The notes beneath the pieces were generated by a model. The model had not been told where the DNA came from. It saw only the letters and a program-made list of their open reading frames with translations, and did not search any database. Below are positions 13,155 through 25,790 of a DNA stretch of 64,000 nucleotides, piece after piece. Both the position numbers and the translations under genes were made by a program. Every line of letters starts with the position of its first letter. Positions within the stretch are counted from its first letter, which is position 1. This DNA is from Octopus vulgaris (Eukaryota): the NCBI GenBank assembly GCA_951406725.2, contig OX597827.1, positions 76,260,001 through 76,324,000 on the forward strand, in the 5' to 3' direction.

Positions 13155-13445
13155 ATATGATTGAACAGACTATCAGATGTCGTTATACATCGCTGATCAC
13201 AATGCACTTTGCATCATTTTAGCTTTCGAATGATGGCACCCTGCTGCCTAAGTGGGCAGGCCAACATTCCTTCTGATCAAAAGGTTTGTCTGTCGCAGGG
13301 TTCTCCATTTACAGCCGAGAGGACTGGAGCAATGTGAAATGAAATGCCTTGCTCAAGAGCACATTGTACTGCACCGCCCAAGAATCGAACCCGTGATCTA
13401 GCAATCATGAATACAACTCCCTAACCACCAGGCTAGGCCCCTTCA
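13155..13445 (-). mobile_element. tRNA-derived SINE (separate family)
   Basis: Minus-strand B-box gggttcgattc and A-box tagcctggtggtt, followed by cttgagcaaggcatttcatttcacattgctccagt. Tail partly repeated at ~35330-35400. Confidence 0.65.
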
Positions 13446-13768
13446 CCACCTTCATATCACATAACGTTACATGATAAACATGAACACAGTAATGTGGTAG
13501 CACCTACGTGGTTGTACAGCTTACAAGAAATAGCAGCCAACATTTCAGGCATATTTCACTCACATCGAACTCCACCATGTCTTTTTTTTTTTAAAATTAA
13601 CATTTGAATGAAGATTGAATGGTATAAACACATCTGAAATGCTTCTTGCTCTTATTTGACTGGAGTTCACCATTAATAACAACATCAACAACATTATTAT
13701 GTTGTCATAGTTAAATATCTTAAACCTTTAGTATTCAAATTATTCGATCCAATGTAATGCTCTTTTTA

Positions 13769-14048
13769 CATTATTTACATTATTTACATTATTTACATTT
13801 GACAAACATTTGTCCTCATCTTGTTTGTTGTTAATACGTTTCAGCTGATATACCCTCGAACCTTCATCAGGTGTCTTGGGGAAATTCCAAACCTGGGTTC
13901 TCATTCCTAAGGTATTTTTCAATGCTATTGTTGTTGGTATTATTATTATTATTATTCATGTCACTGCCTGGAATCGAACTCGGAATCTTGGGGTTAATAG
14001 CCTGTGCTCTTAACCACTATGCCATATGCCCATGGGCAATGGGATAGC

Positions 14049-14083
<35 letters not shown>

Positions 14084-14275
14084 CAACAATCACATTTAAA
14101 AAATACCTTGGGAATGAGAACCCAGGTTTGAAATTTCCCCAAGACACCTGATGAAGGCTGGAGGGTATATCAGCCGAAACATTGTGTTAACAACAAACAA
14201 GATGGGGGACAAATATCCATCAAATGTAAATAATGTAAATAATGTACATAATTCCTCATCTCTTAAATATAGAAC
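13769..14275. mobile_element. Head-to-head palindromic tRNA-head/hammerhead element, copy 1
   Basis: Left arm is the reverse complement of the right arm. Minus-strand tRNA-like head at ~13957-14030. CTGATGA..GAAAC in both arms. Approximate TSD atgctcttttta (13757-13768) / atgttcttttta (14279-14290). Confidence 0.8.
14143..14188 (+). ncRNA. Minimal type I hammerhead ribozyme motif (slightly decayed)
   Basis: gacac-CTGATGA-a-ggctg(gagggtatat)cagcc-GAAAC-ATT-gtgtt, giving stem I gacac/gtgtt and stem II ggctg/cagcc. Family consensus GAAACGTT is inferred across the four arms. Confidence 0.65.
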
Positions 14276-14489
14276 TGGATGTTCTTTTTATTCAAAGTGT
14301 TTTGAACCAATCAGGCATTATCTTGTAACTTTGAGGTTTCAGTTAAGTGATTGTTTAGTTTTAGAATGTTAGTGTAGGTCAGGTGTGAGAGGTTGGATGT
14401 GGCCAGTTTGACTGTAAAACATGTAGAAAATTTGAACTGGATTTTGGCTGGTTTAAATGATACAGGGCCAAACCTGTTGCTAGATATAT

Positions 14490-15495
14490 GTCTACAACTG
14501 ATATCTCACTGTCCACAATTGATATCACACTGCCCCCAACTTATATTACACCATCCACAACAAATATCACACTGTCCACAACTGATATCATACTGTCCAC
14601 AACTGATATCACATTGTTCACAATTGATATCACACTGCTCCCAACTGATATTACACCATCCACAACAAATATCACACTGTCCACAACTGATATCATACTG
14701 TCCACAACTGATATCACATTGTTCACAATTGATATCACACTGCTCCCAACTGATATTACACCATCCACAACAAATATCACACTGTCCACAACTGATATCA
14801 TACTGTCCACAACTGATATCACATTGTTCACAATTGATATCACACTGCTCCCAACTGATATTACACCATCCACAACAAATATCACACTGTCCACAACTGA
14901 TATCATACTGTCCACAACTGATATCACATTGTTCACAATTGATATCACACTGCTCCCAACTGATATTACACCATCCACAACAAATATCACACTGTCCACA
15001 ACTGATATCATACTGTCCACAACTGATATCACATTGTTCACAATTGATATCACACTGCTCCCAACTGATATTACACCATCCACAACAAATATCACACTGT
15101 CCACAACTGATATCATACTGTCCACAACTGATATCACATTGTTCACAATTGATATCACACTGCTCCCAACTGATATTACACCATCCACAACAAATATCAC
15201 ACTGTCCACAACTGATATCATACTGTCCACAACTGATATCACATTGTTCACAATTGATATCACACTGTCCACAACTGATATTACACCATCCACAACAAAT
15301 ATCACACTGTCCACAACTGATATCATACTGTCCACAACTGATATCACATTGTTCACAATTGATATCACACTGCCCCCAACTGATATCATACTGTCCACAA
15401 CTGATATCACACTGTCCACAACTGATATCATACTGTCCACAACTGATATCACATTGTTCACAATTGATATCACACTGTCTGCTACTGATATCTGA
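14490..15495. repeat. Minisatellite, 21-bp unit with a 105-bp (5-mer) higher-order repeat
   Basis: Unit ~ctgatatcacactgtccacaa. Identical phase at 14641 and 15061 (420 bp = 4 x 105). Confidence 0.95.
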
Positions 15496-15509
15496 AAGCT
15501 TAGTATGTA

Positions 15510-15900
15510 GTGTTGATGATGATGGGAGTGGAGGTGGTGGTAGGGATGGTGGTAATTATTATGATGATGATGGTGATAATGATGGTTGCAGTGATGATGA
15601 TTAGGGATGTTGGTAATTTTCATAATGGTAGTAATGGTGACGGTGGTGGTGATAGTGATGATGATGGTAATGGTAATGTGGTGGTAGTGGCTGTAATGAT
15701 GTTGATCATGATGATAACGGTGATGATGATGAGGATAATGACAACTATGATGATGATAATGATGATGATGATGATTATGATGATTATGATGATGATGATG
15801 ATGATGATAGTGATGATGATGACGACGACGATGATGATGTGAATGATGATGATGATGATGATGATGGTGATGACGATGATGATGATGATGATGTGGATGA

Positions 15901-15934
<34 letters not shown>

Positions 15935-15939
15935 GGTGA

Positions 15940-15973
<34 letters not shown>

Positions 15974-16030
15974 GGTGATGATGATGATGACAATAATGAT
16001 GATGATGATGATGATGATGATGATAATGAG
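15510..16030. repeat. (GAT/GGT)n trinucleotide tract
   Basis: Directly visible. Confidence 0.95.
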
Positions 16031-16394
16031 GAGGATTCTGAGCCATGTAACAAATCCAAAAGTCTGCACTAATCATCCACTGTGACCCCTTTCTGCCTCC
16101 CCACCTCCCCGCCCCTGCAGAATATGGACTGGGGTGGGGGGGTAGCGTGGGGTGGTAGGGTTGAATGATGGCTTAGTGGTTGGTGTTGTGCTTGAACAGC
16201 AAACTGGCATCATAGCTGGTTGGTAACTATGGAAATGAAGGATGGGGTAGGGGGTAGGTGAAAAGGGTCAGATGGACCACGCCCATCTGATACTCATTGA
16301 TTTACTGTCTCTGCCTCTGCCATCCGACATGCTACAACACCTCCATTTGCACCAGCATCCCTACTGTTACTACTACTCCTACTTCTGCTTGTCT

Positions 16395-16748
16395 ACACCA
16401 CCGCCGCCACCGCCGTCACGACTGCTACCACCATTGGCACCACTACCACTACCACTACCACTACCAACACCATCCCCACCTCACCACCACCTCACCACCA
16501 CCACCAATGCCACCACATCACCATCACCGCCGTCACCATCACTGCCACCACCGCCACTACCACCGCCACTACCACCACCACCACCGCCACTACCACCACC
16601 ACCACCACCAACACCATCACCACCACCACCACCACCACCAATGCCACCACATCACCATCACTGCCATCACCATCACTGCCACCACCGCCACCACCACAAC
16701 CAACACCACCGCCACCACCAACACCACCACCACCACCACAACCACCAT
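16395..16748. repeat. (CAC/CCA)n tract
   Basis: Directly visible. Confidence 0.9.
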
Positions 16749-16924
16749 GTTGAAGGGTTCAGATGGACAAACTGACCACTGTCCTTATCTTGTTTAAATC
16801 CAGGTAATTATTTTATCAGTCTCTTTTGCAAAACAACAAAGTTATTGAGTGTAAACAAACCAACACTGGTTGTCAAATGGTGGGGAAGGAAAGACAAAGA
16901 AGCACACACACACACACACACATT

Positions 16925-17292
16925 GTGGAACTCCTTTGGTTACGACGACGAGGGTTCCACTTGATCCGATCAACAGAACAGCCTACTCATGAAATTAACG
17001 TGCAAGTGGCTGAGTACTCCACAGACATGTGTACCCTTAACCTAGTTCTCAGGGAGATTCAGTGTAACACAGAGTGACAAGGCTGGCCTCTTTGAAATAC
17101 AGGTACAACAGAAAGAGGAAGGAAGAGTGAGAAAAAGTTGTGGTGAAAGAGTACAGCAGGGTTCACCACCACCCCCTGCTGGAGTATCGTGGAGCTTTAA
17201 GTATTTTTGCTCAATAAAAACTCTCAACGCCTGGTCTGGGAATCGAAATCGTGATCCTGCTGCCCTAAACACTAGGCCATTGTGCCTCCACC
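16925..17292 (-). mobile_element. tRNA-derived SINE, possibly Nin/Deu-domain type
   Basis: Minus-strand head ggaggcacaatggcctagtg..gatttcgattcccagacc and body cacttgcacgttaatttcatgag. Domain assignment is from recall only. Confidence 0.55.
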
Positions 17293-17334
17293 ATACACAC
17301 ACACACACACATATATATACACATATATAGCGAA

Positions 17335-17506
17335 CATGTGGGTGTGTGGTAAGTAGGTCACTTACCAACCAAATGGTTCTGGGTTCAGTCCCACTGCATG
17401 GCACTTTGGGCAAGTGTCTTCTACTATAGCCTCGGGCTGACCAAAGTCTTGTGAGTAGATTTGGTAGACAGAAACTGAAAGAAGCCTGTTGTATATATAT
17501 ATGTGG

Positions 17507-17562
<56 letters not shown>

Positions 17563-17785
17563 ATGTGTGTATGTTTGTGTGTCTGTGTTTGTCCCAACCA
17601 ACAATATTTGACAACCAAAGTTGGTGTGTTTACATCCCTGTAACTTAGCAGTTTGGCAAAAGACATTGATATAATAAGTACTGGGCTTACAAACAATAAG
17701 TCCTGGGGTCAATTTGCTCAACTAAAGGTGGTGCTCCAGCATGGCCACAGTCAAATGACTGAAACAAGTAAAAGAATAAAAGAAT
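17335..17785 (+). mobile_element. SINE family A copy
   Basis: Same head, internal (GT)n and gactgaaacaagtaaaaga tail. Confidence 0.85.
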
Positions 17786-18175
17786 GTATTTATAATGAAC
17801 CCCCACCCAATTCATTTACAAGTCATCAATTGGTCCATGGTTGTAGTAGAAGACATTCTCTCAAGGTGCCAAGCTGTGGGATTGAACCTGAAACCATGTT
17901 TGCAAAGCAAGCTTCTTAACCACACAGCCACGCCTTCCCTGAATCAGATCTGCAGGTTAAACTGAATTTGGTACTTACATCTCTACTGTATCCTACCAAC
18001 AGCTAATACCGTCAAAGTTGTTTTTCCCTCGCTGTGAACCCTATGCTATTGTACCTAGCCATTTCTGGCATCCTATGAGTTGATGTGCCTAGATTCTACT
18101 GAATTTTACCGTGTGTGTACTGTTGGCGATTTTTTTTCCTCCGTCTTCCCTTCTTTGGATCTTTCTTTTTCCTAT

Positions 18176-18210
18176 GTTTCTGACGAAGAGCTCCGCTTGA
18201 AACGTTAAGC
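18176..18210 (+). ncRNA. Minimal hammerhead ribozyme motif (family 2) in a Penelope-like terminal fragment (~18098-18260)
   Basis: gttt-CTGACGA-a-gagc(tcc)gctt-GAAAC-GTT-aagc. Stems I and II can pair, with palindromic AACGTT at stem III. Confidence 0.65.
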
Positions 18211-18291
18211 CTTCCTTCTTTCCTCCTTTCCTGAGCGTCCAATAATACTATACTTGTTAAATATATATGTATATATATATATCTATTTATG

Positions 18292-18329
<38 letters not shown>

Positions 18330-18462
18330 TATACATACATACACACACATGCACACACACACACACACACACACATATATAACACACACGCACACACACA
18401 CATATATAGAGTATATACAGTGTGTGTGTATATATATATATATATGTATGTATATATGTATG

Positions 18463-18533
<71 letters not shown>

Positions 18534-18682
18534 ACACACACAGAAATTATGACGGGGTTTAGTTCACAGGTGGTCTAAACGATTATGTATGCTAGGTAAG
18601 TGCTTTAATGGATTACTAGGGCTCCAATGTTACAGCCAAGGCAGTAGTGATGGAGTCTTTGCAGATTTCCAATATATCGGAT

Positions 18683-18976
18683 ATATAAATGTTAAAGAGG
18701 ACAAGTCTTACAGCTGTTTCTTGGATGTCCCAGAGTATGAGATATTCCATCATCAGAGACAAATAGCGAAAATGAGAAGGGTAGACAAATGAGGAAAATT
18801 AGAAAGGTATATACCCTCCTAATTTTTCCCTATTTGTCTCTGATGATGGAGTATCTCATACTCTGGGACATCCCGGAAACAGCTGTAAGACTTTGAATTT
18901 TTTCCAATGATGATAATGCATATGACTTGAGATGTTTGCCTTCCCTTAATGTTTGTTGTCCTCTTTAACAATTATA

Positions 18977-18977
<1 letters not shown>
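18683..18977. mobile_element. Inverted pair of Penelope-like terminal repeats (family 3), each with a hammerhead motif
   Basis: Ends tgttaaagaggacaa / ttgtcctctttaaca are complementary and the centre ggtatatacc lies at 18806-18815. Hammerhead motifs at 18705-18760 (-) and 18836-18891 (+). Confidence 0.75.
18836..18891 (+). ncRNA. Hammerhead ribozyme motif (family 3)
   Basis: gtct-CTGATGA-[29 nt incl. gagtat/atactc hairpin]-GAAAC-AGCT-GTA-agac. Stem I gtct/agac, palindromic ACAGCTGT, GUA cleavage triplet. Confidence 0.7.

Positions 18978-19070
<93 letters not shown>
18972..19070. repeat. (TA)n microsatellite; further TA/CA/GA tracts at 18260-18540, 19330-19358 and 19677-19751
   Basis: Directly visible. 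Confidence 0.95.
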
Positions 19071-19072
<2 letters not shown>

Positions 19073-19325
19073 AAATATTAGGGAATAAATCCAAACTTAC
19101 AGGGAAAACTCAGATTTAGGATTAAATCCAATTTTATAGTAAAATATTATATTTTCATAATTATGAATTGGACAGCCATGAAACGATCGTAGTGTTTTAC
19201 TCATTATCCCTTATTAAACTTTTAACATTTTTTATATATATTTAAAATAATATAAATTAATTAATTTTATGTATTGGCTTATGTTTTTCATTGTTTGATT
19301 TGCCTAATAGTGGTTTTATCTCTAA

Positions 19326-19358
<33 letters not shown>

Positions 19359-19440
19359 ACAACTAACATATAATTTAGAGACAAATAACACATCTCATCA
19401 TTATATATTATAATTTTTCAAAATAATGTATCAAAATCAC

Positions 19441-19508
19441 GGTTACTGATGAGGATTTGCCGAGCAAATTATTTTATTTACTAAAGAAATCTGAAACCTT
19501 GGTATACC
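19441..19508 (+). ncRNA. Hammerhead ribozyme motif (family 4, imperfect)
   Basis: ggtta-CTGATGA-ggattt...aaatct-GAAAC-cttg-GTA-tacc. Stem II ggattt/aaatct, imperfect stem I. Confidence 0.5.
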
Positions 19509-19674
19509 TGTAAAAAAATAACAAGGTAAAAATTTTTATTTTGCATTTCCTTCGAAAATTCCTCTTATATGTGGTTCTGGTAGTTTTGACTGCTTCCTCT
19601 AGCGTGTAAAATTTACCTGTTAAAGGTAGTTTTCTCTTGTGTTTAAATGTACAGCCCCCCTGTGGTCAATAAAG

Positions 19675-19739
<65 letters not shown>

Positions 19740-20514
19740 GAGAGAGAGAGAGGCTGCAGGTTCTTTTTGTGTACAGAAAACATATCCCAAAACCTTAACG
19801 GAATAATAATTATAAAAAGAAAAGAAAAAACTCTTTACCTCAAACACAATCCCATTAACGAAACCACAAACATTTTGAGGAAAACATTCGTTCTTTAAAG
19901 CAAATACACAAAATTATTTTTTATTTTATTTGATTTAAAGGCTTTAAAAAAATATATTTTCGCTAAACCTCATTAATAATTTTTACTCATATTTTTTTCC
20001 TGCGTTTATTTTTTTTTTATTCTTCGTTGATTCTGTTTTTAATTATCGTGTTGGGTTGCTTTTATGATTTATGAGGTTGAATTTTAAGTCCATTAACGTG
20101 TTACTGACAGAGAAATTACATCAAAGGCGTATGATGTATGGTGAGGATTGACGAGCCTGCTGTAATTAATTGTAGATATTACCTGAAGGTGAAGGGGGGT
20201 GGGGGTTAGAAAGATGGGAGGTAGGGTGGGGGAAGGGAAGAAAATGGGAGAAAGATGTGGAAAAAAAAAGAAAGGGAATGAGAGGGAGGGAGGGAGATAG
20301 GGGGGAAAAGGGAAAGATAAGGAGAGAAGATAGGAAGATATGTAGAAATAGGATAAAGAAAAATTAGATAAACACATAGTGTGTATATGTATGTGTGGTG
20401 TATATGTAGAGAGATAGAGAGAGATAGAGAGATTGATAAATAGAGAGAGAGAGAGAGGGATAGTTAACTACCTAGCTTGCGATAGATGGTTAGATAGAAA
20501 AACTACACAGGTGT

Positions 20515-20576
20515 ATTGATAGGTAGATAGAGATAGAGATAGATAGATAGATAGATAGATTAAGAGAGAGAGAAAG

Positions 20577-20616
<40 letters not shown>

Positions 20617-20978
20617 GGAGAAAGAGAGAGATGATAGATAGATAGATAGATAGGTAGATAGGTAGGTAGGTAGGTAGGTAGGTAGATAGGTAGGTAGGTA
20701 GGTAGGTAGGTAGATAGGTAGGTATGTAGGTAGGTAGGTAGGTAGGTAGGTAGGTAGGTAGGTTGGTAGGTAGGTAGGTAGGTAGGTAGGTAGGTAGGTA
20801 GATAGGTAGGTAGGTAGGTTGGTAGGTTGGTAGGTAGGTTGGTAGGTAGTAGGTAGGTAGGTAGGTAGGTTGGTAGGTAGGTAGGTTGGTAGGTTGGTAG
20901 GTTGGTAGGTTGGTAGGTAGGTTGGTAGGTAGATAGATAGATAGACAGACACACAGACAATACATGTAGGTAGGTAGG

Positions 20979-21018
<40 letters not shown>

Positions 21019-21045
21019 TAGATAGATAGATAGATAGATAGAGAA
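20515..21045. repeat. Compound (GATA)n/(GGTA)n/(GACA)n microsatellite in a polypurine region (20200-21350)
   Basis: Directly visible. Confidence 0.95.
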
Positions 21046-21559
21046 GGTTTGATATATAAATAGATGGTCAGATAGACAACTAGATAGATAAACAGATAGA
21101 CGGAAAGGAAGATAGAAATAGGGGAGAAGGGTATGAGAAAATTAAAAATGGAGGAAGATGATAAGGGAAAAGAATGGTAAAAGTTTGGAAGACGAGCAAG
21201 GGAGAGGAGGAGAAATTAGAAAGTGTAGTAAGAAGGGGAGAGAGAGGTTCGAAAGAGGGGAAAGAAAGGGAGGGAGAAAGAATGGAAAGAGAGAGGGAGA
21301 GAGAAGATGAGTAAGTGAGAGAGAAAGAGAGAGCAAGATAAGAGAAAAGGTAGAACCACCATTGTAAGAATTTTATAAAATGTCTAAGATACTGGTATGG
21401 TTGTGTAGTTAACAGGATCTTTACACAACCAGGCCATTTCTGGTTCAATACCATTGCACAGCACCTTGGAAAATTGTTTTACAGTAGCAGTTGCTTGACC
21501 AGTGCCAAGTAAATGAAATTTTGTCAACAGAAACTGTGTGGAATCCCAATATTCATTTC

Positions 21560-21950
21560 AAGTTTTGGCACAGAGCCGTCTATTTTGGGAGAAGGGTCAG
21601 TCAATTACACTGACCCCAGTGTTCAAATAGTACTTATTTTATTGACCTCGAAAAGATGAAAGGCAAAGTCAACCTCGGCAGAATTTGAACACAGAACATA
21701 AAGACAGACAAAATACCTGTTTCTTTACTACCCACAAGGGGCTAAACACAGAGAGGACAAACAAGGACAGACAAACGGATTAAGTCGATTACATCTACCC
21801 CAGTGCGTCACTGGTACTTATTTAATTGACCCTTGAAAGGATGAAAGGCAAAGTCGACCTCGGCGGAATTTGAACTCAGAACGTAAAGACAGACGAAATA
21901 CTGTTAAGCATTTCGCCCGGCGTGCTAACTATTCTGCCATCTTGCCCCCT
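21560..21950 (-). mobile_element. SINE family B, tandem two-unit copy
   Basis: Two ggcaaagtc(a/g)acctcggc(a/g)gaatttgaac cores with tttctttactacccacaaggggctaaacacagagaggacaaa between them. Confidence 0.85.
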
Positions 21951-22369
21951 CGTGGAATCCCATTCTTATATCCTCATAACTGTTATGTAGCGCCTGTTTT
22001 TCCACGTTTGCATGCATCAGATGAGATGAATCTAGACTGGAAGCTTTTCTTGTCGCCATTCTTCACCTGTTTCCAAGTGAGGTGGTGGAGGCATGTGGCC
22101 AAATGGTTAGGGTGGTCGGCTCATGACTGGAAGGTCATGAGTTCAATACACAATAACACTTGTGTCCTTGAGCAAAGAGATGGAAAATGAGACTAATTTT
22201 CCAGATGTCTTTCAGCAATATTTTGGTTGATTTCATGCAATTAATGTCATCATTCTGCTTTTATAAACGACATTATTATCCTAGCAGACATTAATTAATT
22301 TAAGATCAAAATGGCAGTTGTTACGGCATGGACGACAGGACATAGTTTATGGCCTCAAATGTTTGGTTT

Positions 22370-22716
22370 GTTACTTGTTTCAGTCATTAGACTGTGGCCA
22401 TGCTGGAACGCTTCCTTGAAGGGTTTACTTAAACAAATTGACCCCTGTATTTGTTTCATTTTTTTTTAAAGCCCGGTACTTATTCTAACAGTCTCTTTTG
22501 CTGAACCACTAAGTTACAGAGAACTAAACTCACTAAAACCAGTTGTTAAGCAGTGATAGGGGACAAACAGACACATGCGATGGGCTTCTTTCAAATCCAC
22601 TCACAAGGCTTTGGTTAGCCAGGGGCTATAAAAGAATACATTTGCCCAAGGTTCCACACAGTGGAATTAAACCCAGAACCATGTGATCAGGAAGCAATCT
22701 TCTCACAACACAGCCA
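22370..22716 (-). mobile_element. SINE family A copy; other minus copies at ~24465-24848, ~25990-26335 and ~63660-63850
   Basis: ttacttgtttcagtcatt..gtggccatgctgg tail and ..ccacacagcc head. Confidence 0.8.
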
Positions 22717-22839
22717 GATATCAAATATTATTGATTACTTCTAGGAAATACTCTGAGTAGCTGAACGAGTTTATTTCACAGCTACTCTTTGTATTGCTAT
22801 GCATCAGTCACATACAAAGTCTATCTCTGCTGCCTGTCT

Positions 22840-24450
22840 GAAATACCCATTTTCTTTTCTACTTACCATAACTTTAGTCTTGACTGAGTTTATTTCAAGG
22901 CTCTTCAGTTCCAGGTTTTGCATTCAAGTTTGAAATTTCTTCAAATCTTTCACAGATTCTGCTATAAAAACAAGGTCACCAGCATACAGAAGTTCCTATG
23001 GACAACCAGTCTTAACCACATTTTTAAACAGGAGTAAACTGAAAATGGAACCCTGTAGTACCACAGCCTGTATGCTAAATTCATCACTGTACTCATCGTT
23101 AACTCTCATTTTGTTGACTGCATCTCTGTACACAGCATGTTTGGCCTATGGCCCTCACAAGCCATTCATCTACCTTAGCTTCTTTAGAACCCAATAAACG
23201 ATAGAGTGATGGATCCAGTCAAAAGCCTTTTCCATGCATCCAAATGCTGGTTTTAGATAAGGATTTTTCTTGTAGCTGTCTCACTTGGAAGGTGGTATCT
23301 GTGGTGCCTCTTCCGAGTTCAAAGTCAAACTACAGCTCGTCTGATCTAATCCTGTTCCTAATCAATTTTGCAATATCTTTTTCAGTAACTTTCATAACCT
23401 GGTCCATCATTTCGATGATGCTTCTCTACTTTCCTCCCTGCAGTGCATTTCCTTTGTCTTTGTAGCAGTTTACAAATCCTGCTGTGTCAGTCATTGGTTA
23501 TGTGACACCTTCATGCATGTATATACCTTTCTAATTTTCCTCATTTGTCTACCTTTCTAATTTTCCCTATTTGTCTCTGATGATGGAATATCTCATACTC
23601 TGGGACATCCAAGAAACAGCTGTAAGACTTTGAATTTTTTCCAATAATAATAATGCATATGACTGAGGCTCTAATAGAAGACACTTGTCCAAAGTGCCAC
23701 GCAGTGGGACTGAACCCAGAACCATTTGATCTTTATCTTACTTTACCAGATATTTTAAGCATCCCAGCAACTATTTCCAAAGGGCCAAGTTCTGCTTTCC
23801 CCACCTTCATATCCTGAATCCCATGCCACCCCCCATCTACCATATTGCTCTCAACTTGAATTGCTGGTCCCTCTATATCTCTCTCTCCCATGATCCTCCA
23901 CATTCAGTAACATATCAGACTAACTTTCCAGGCCCCTTTCTTTTCAGCATCAAAGAAACCAAGTGCATTCTAGTGGCCCCATATAAACTTCTCCCCAATG
24001 ACATCCCAATTTTCCTTCTTTGCTAATCTAAACACCTCAAGCCGTAGAACACTTGCAAATTTCGTTCATTCTTCTTCTCTCCTTGCTTAGAATACCAGTC
24101 ATTTAATTATTAGACGTTTTCTTTGGTCATGCTATATTGTGTCTGTGACATTCATAAACTCCCAGTTTTTGCTCTTAAAGTATCCATCAAATGCTTCAAA
24201 ACACTACTTTGAAACTCACAGTGCTTCCTTGAACTTCTGACTGCTTGATGGCACTTTAAGCTTATTATATATCTTCCTTCTTCAAGCTGTCTCAAGCTTC
24301 TGTTTCCATCTGGCTGTTATTCTAAACTCAGCATTCACCAACACATGTCAGGTTGTACATTTTTCACTGGGGAAAGAATTCATTCATAACCATCATTCAT
24401 TAGCATTCGTTTATTCTGTTGTCTGGTGAGAATGAATGAACGAAGTCTAT
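22840..24450 (-). mobile_element. Decayed, interrupted RTE-clade LINE (RT domain and upstream region)
   Basis: Minus-strand pieces: KDKGNAL, MMDQVMKVTE, MEKAFDWI, YRDAVNKMRVNDEYSDEF, LQGSIFSLLLF, ELLYAGDLVFIAES, KTKVMVS. Contains stops and frameshifts. Confidence 0.8.
23518..23665 (+). mobile_element. Third copy of the family 3 Penelope-like repeat with hammerhead motif
   Basis: gtctCTGATGAtggaatatctcatactctgggacatccaaGAAACagctGTAagac, near-identical to 18836-18891. Confidence 0.75.
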
Positions 24451-25790
24451 CTGGCTTTTGTGTCTCTTTTACTTGTTTCAGTCATTTGACTGTGGCCATG
24501 CTGGAGCACTGCCTTTAGTCGAGCAAATCAACCCCAGGACTTATTCTTTGTAAGCCTAGTACTTTTGCCGAACCGCTAAGTTATGGGAGACGTAAACACA
24601 CCAGCATCAGTTGTCAAGTGATGTTGGGGGAGACAAACAGACATACAAACATATACACACACACACACATATATTTACATATATACCATGGGCTTCTTTC
24701 AGTTTCCGTCTACCAAATTCACTCACAAGGCTTTGGTTGGCCTGAGGCTATAGTAGAAAACACTTGCCCAAGGTGCCATGCAGTGGGACTGAACCCTGAA
24801 CCATGTGGTTGGTAAGCAAGCTACTTACCACACAGCCATTCCTGTGCCTTGACATTGGTAGCTAATCAGGTGATTGGCAGTTTCATCATCCTCATTTAAG
24901 GTCCTTATTCCATGCTGGCATGGGTCAGACAGTTTGACAAGGATCCAATGGGTTAAGGGCTGCATCGTACTCCAGTGTGAGCTTCGGCATGGTTTCTCTG
25001 GTTGGATGTCCTGCCTAACACCAACCACTTTATAATGTGTGCTGGATGCCAACTGAACTCACCATAGAGCTCTCAAGTCAAGAGACCCGGGGATGGAGCA
25101 CGTTGCCTCTGTATACTAGATGGGGGTTAAAGAGATGAGGGAAGTGGTAGGATAGAACAGGCTCTTGTTGTAGAGGAGCTCCTTGGTGCTTATATTTAGG
25201 GGAGAGAATGAGAGTGATGATGAGTTGTCCAGATGGCACCTCGAAAAGAAGGCCCTGGTGGGGAGGTTGCGAGAGAGTCTGTGAGAGAAAAGATAGGGGA
25301 AGTGGAAGAGGGAGGTGGGCAATGTCTGTAGGGATTGAAGGGAGGAGGTGTATGAGTTGGGGAGGCTGAGGGATACAAGCAGTTTGGTAGTAACGATGCC
25401 AATTGCCTGGGAAGAAGAGAAAAAAAAGGGAGAGATATGACATGTTTGGATAAGCTGCAGGGGCAGAGCAGAGAGATAAAACAGAGATAATGCATGAGTT
25501 GGATAATTTGGTGGCCCAGGGAGGGGGAAGGCCATTGTGACATGTGGGTGTGGTGAACAATATTAATGGATAAGGAATGGCTAACAAGTGAGAAAAGTGG
25601 TGTCGGAATAAGGGTAGGGTGCTCAGTCGTGCGCGCGCACACACACATATGCACACAGACATGTATACCCAAAAAATATTATATTATATATGTATATATA
25701 TATACATATGTATGTATAAATATATACACACACATATATATATATATGCACAAGCATATATACACAGAAAACATTTTATATATATATATA

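Noticed and set aside
14393-16085. Long ORFs of 335-511 aa
   Set aside because: They result from 21-bp and trinucleotide repeats lacking stops in several frames. No splice or domain support.
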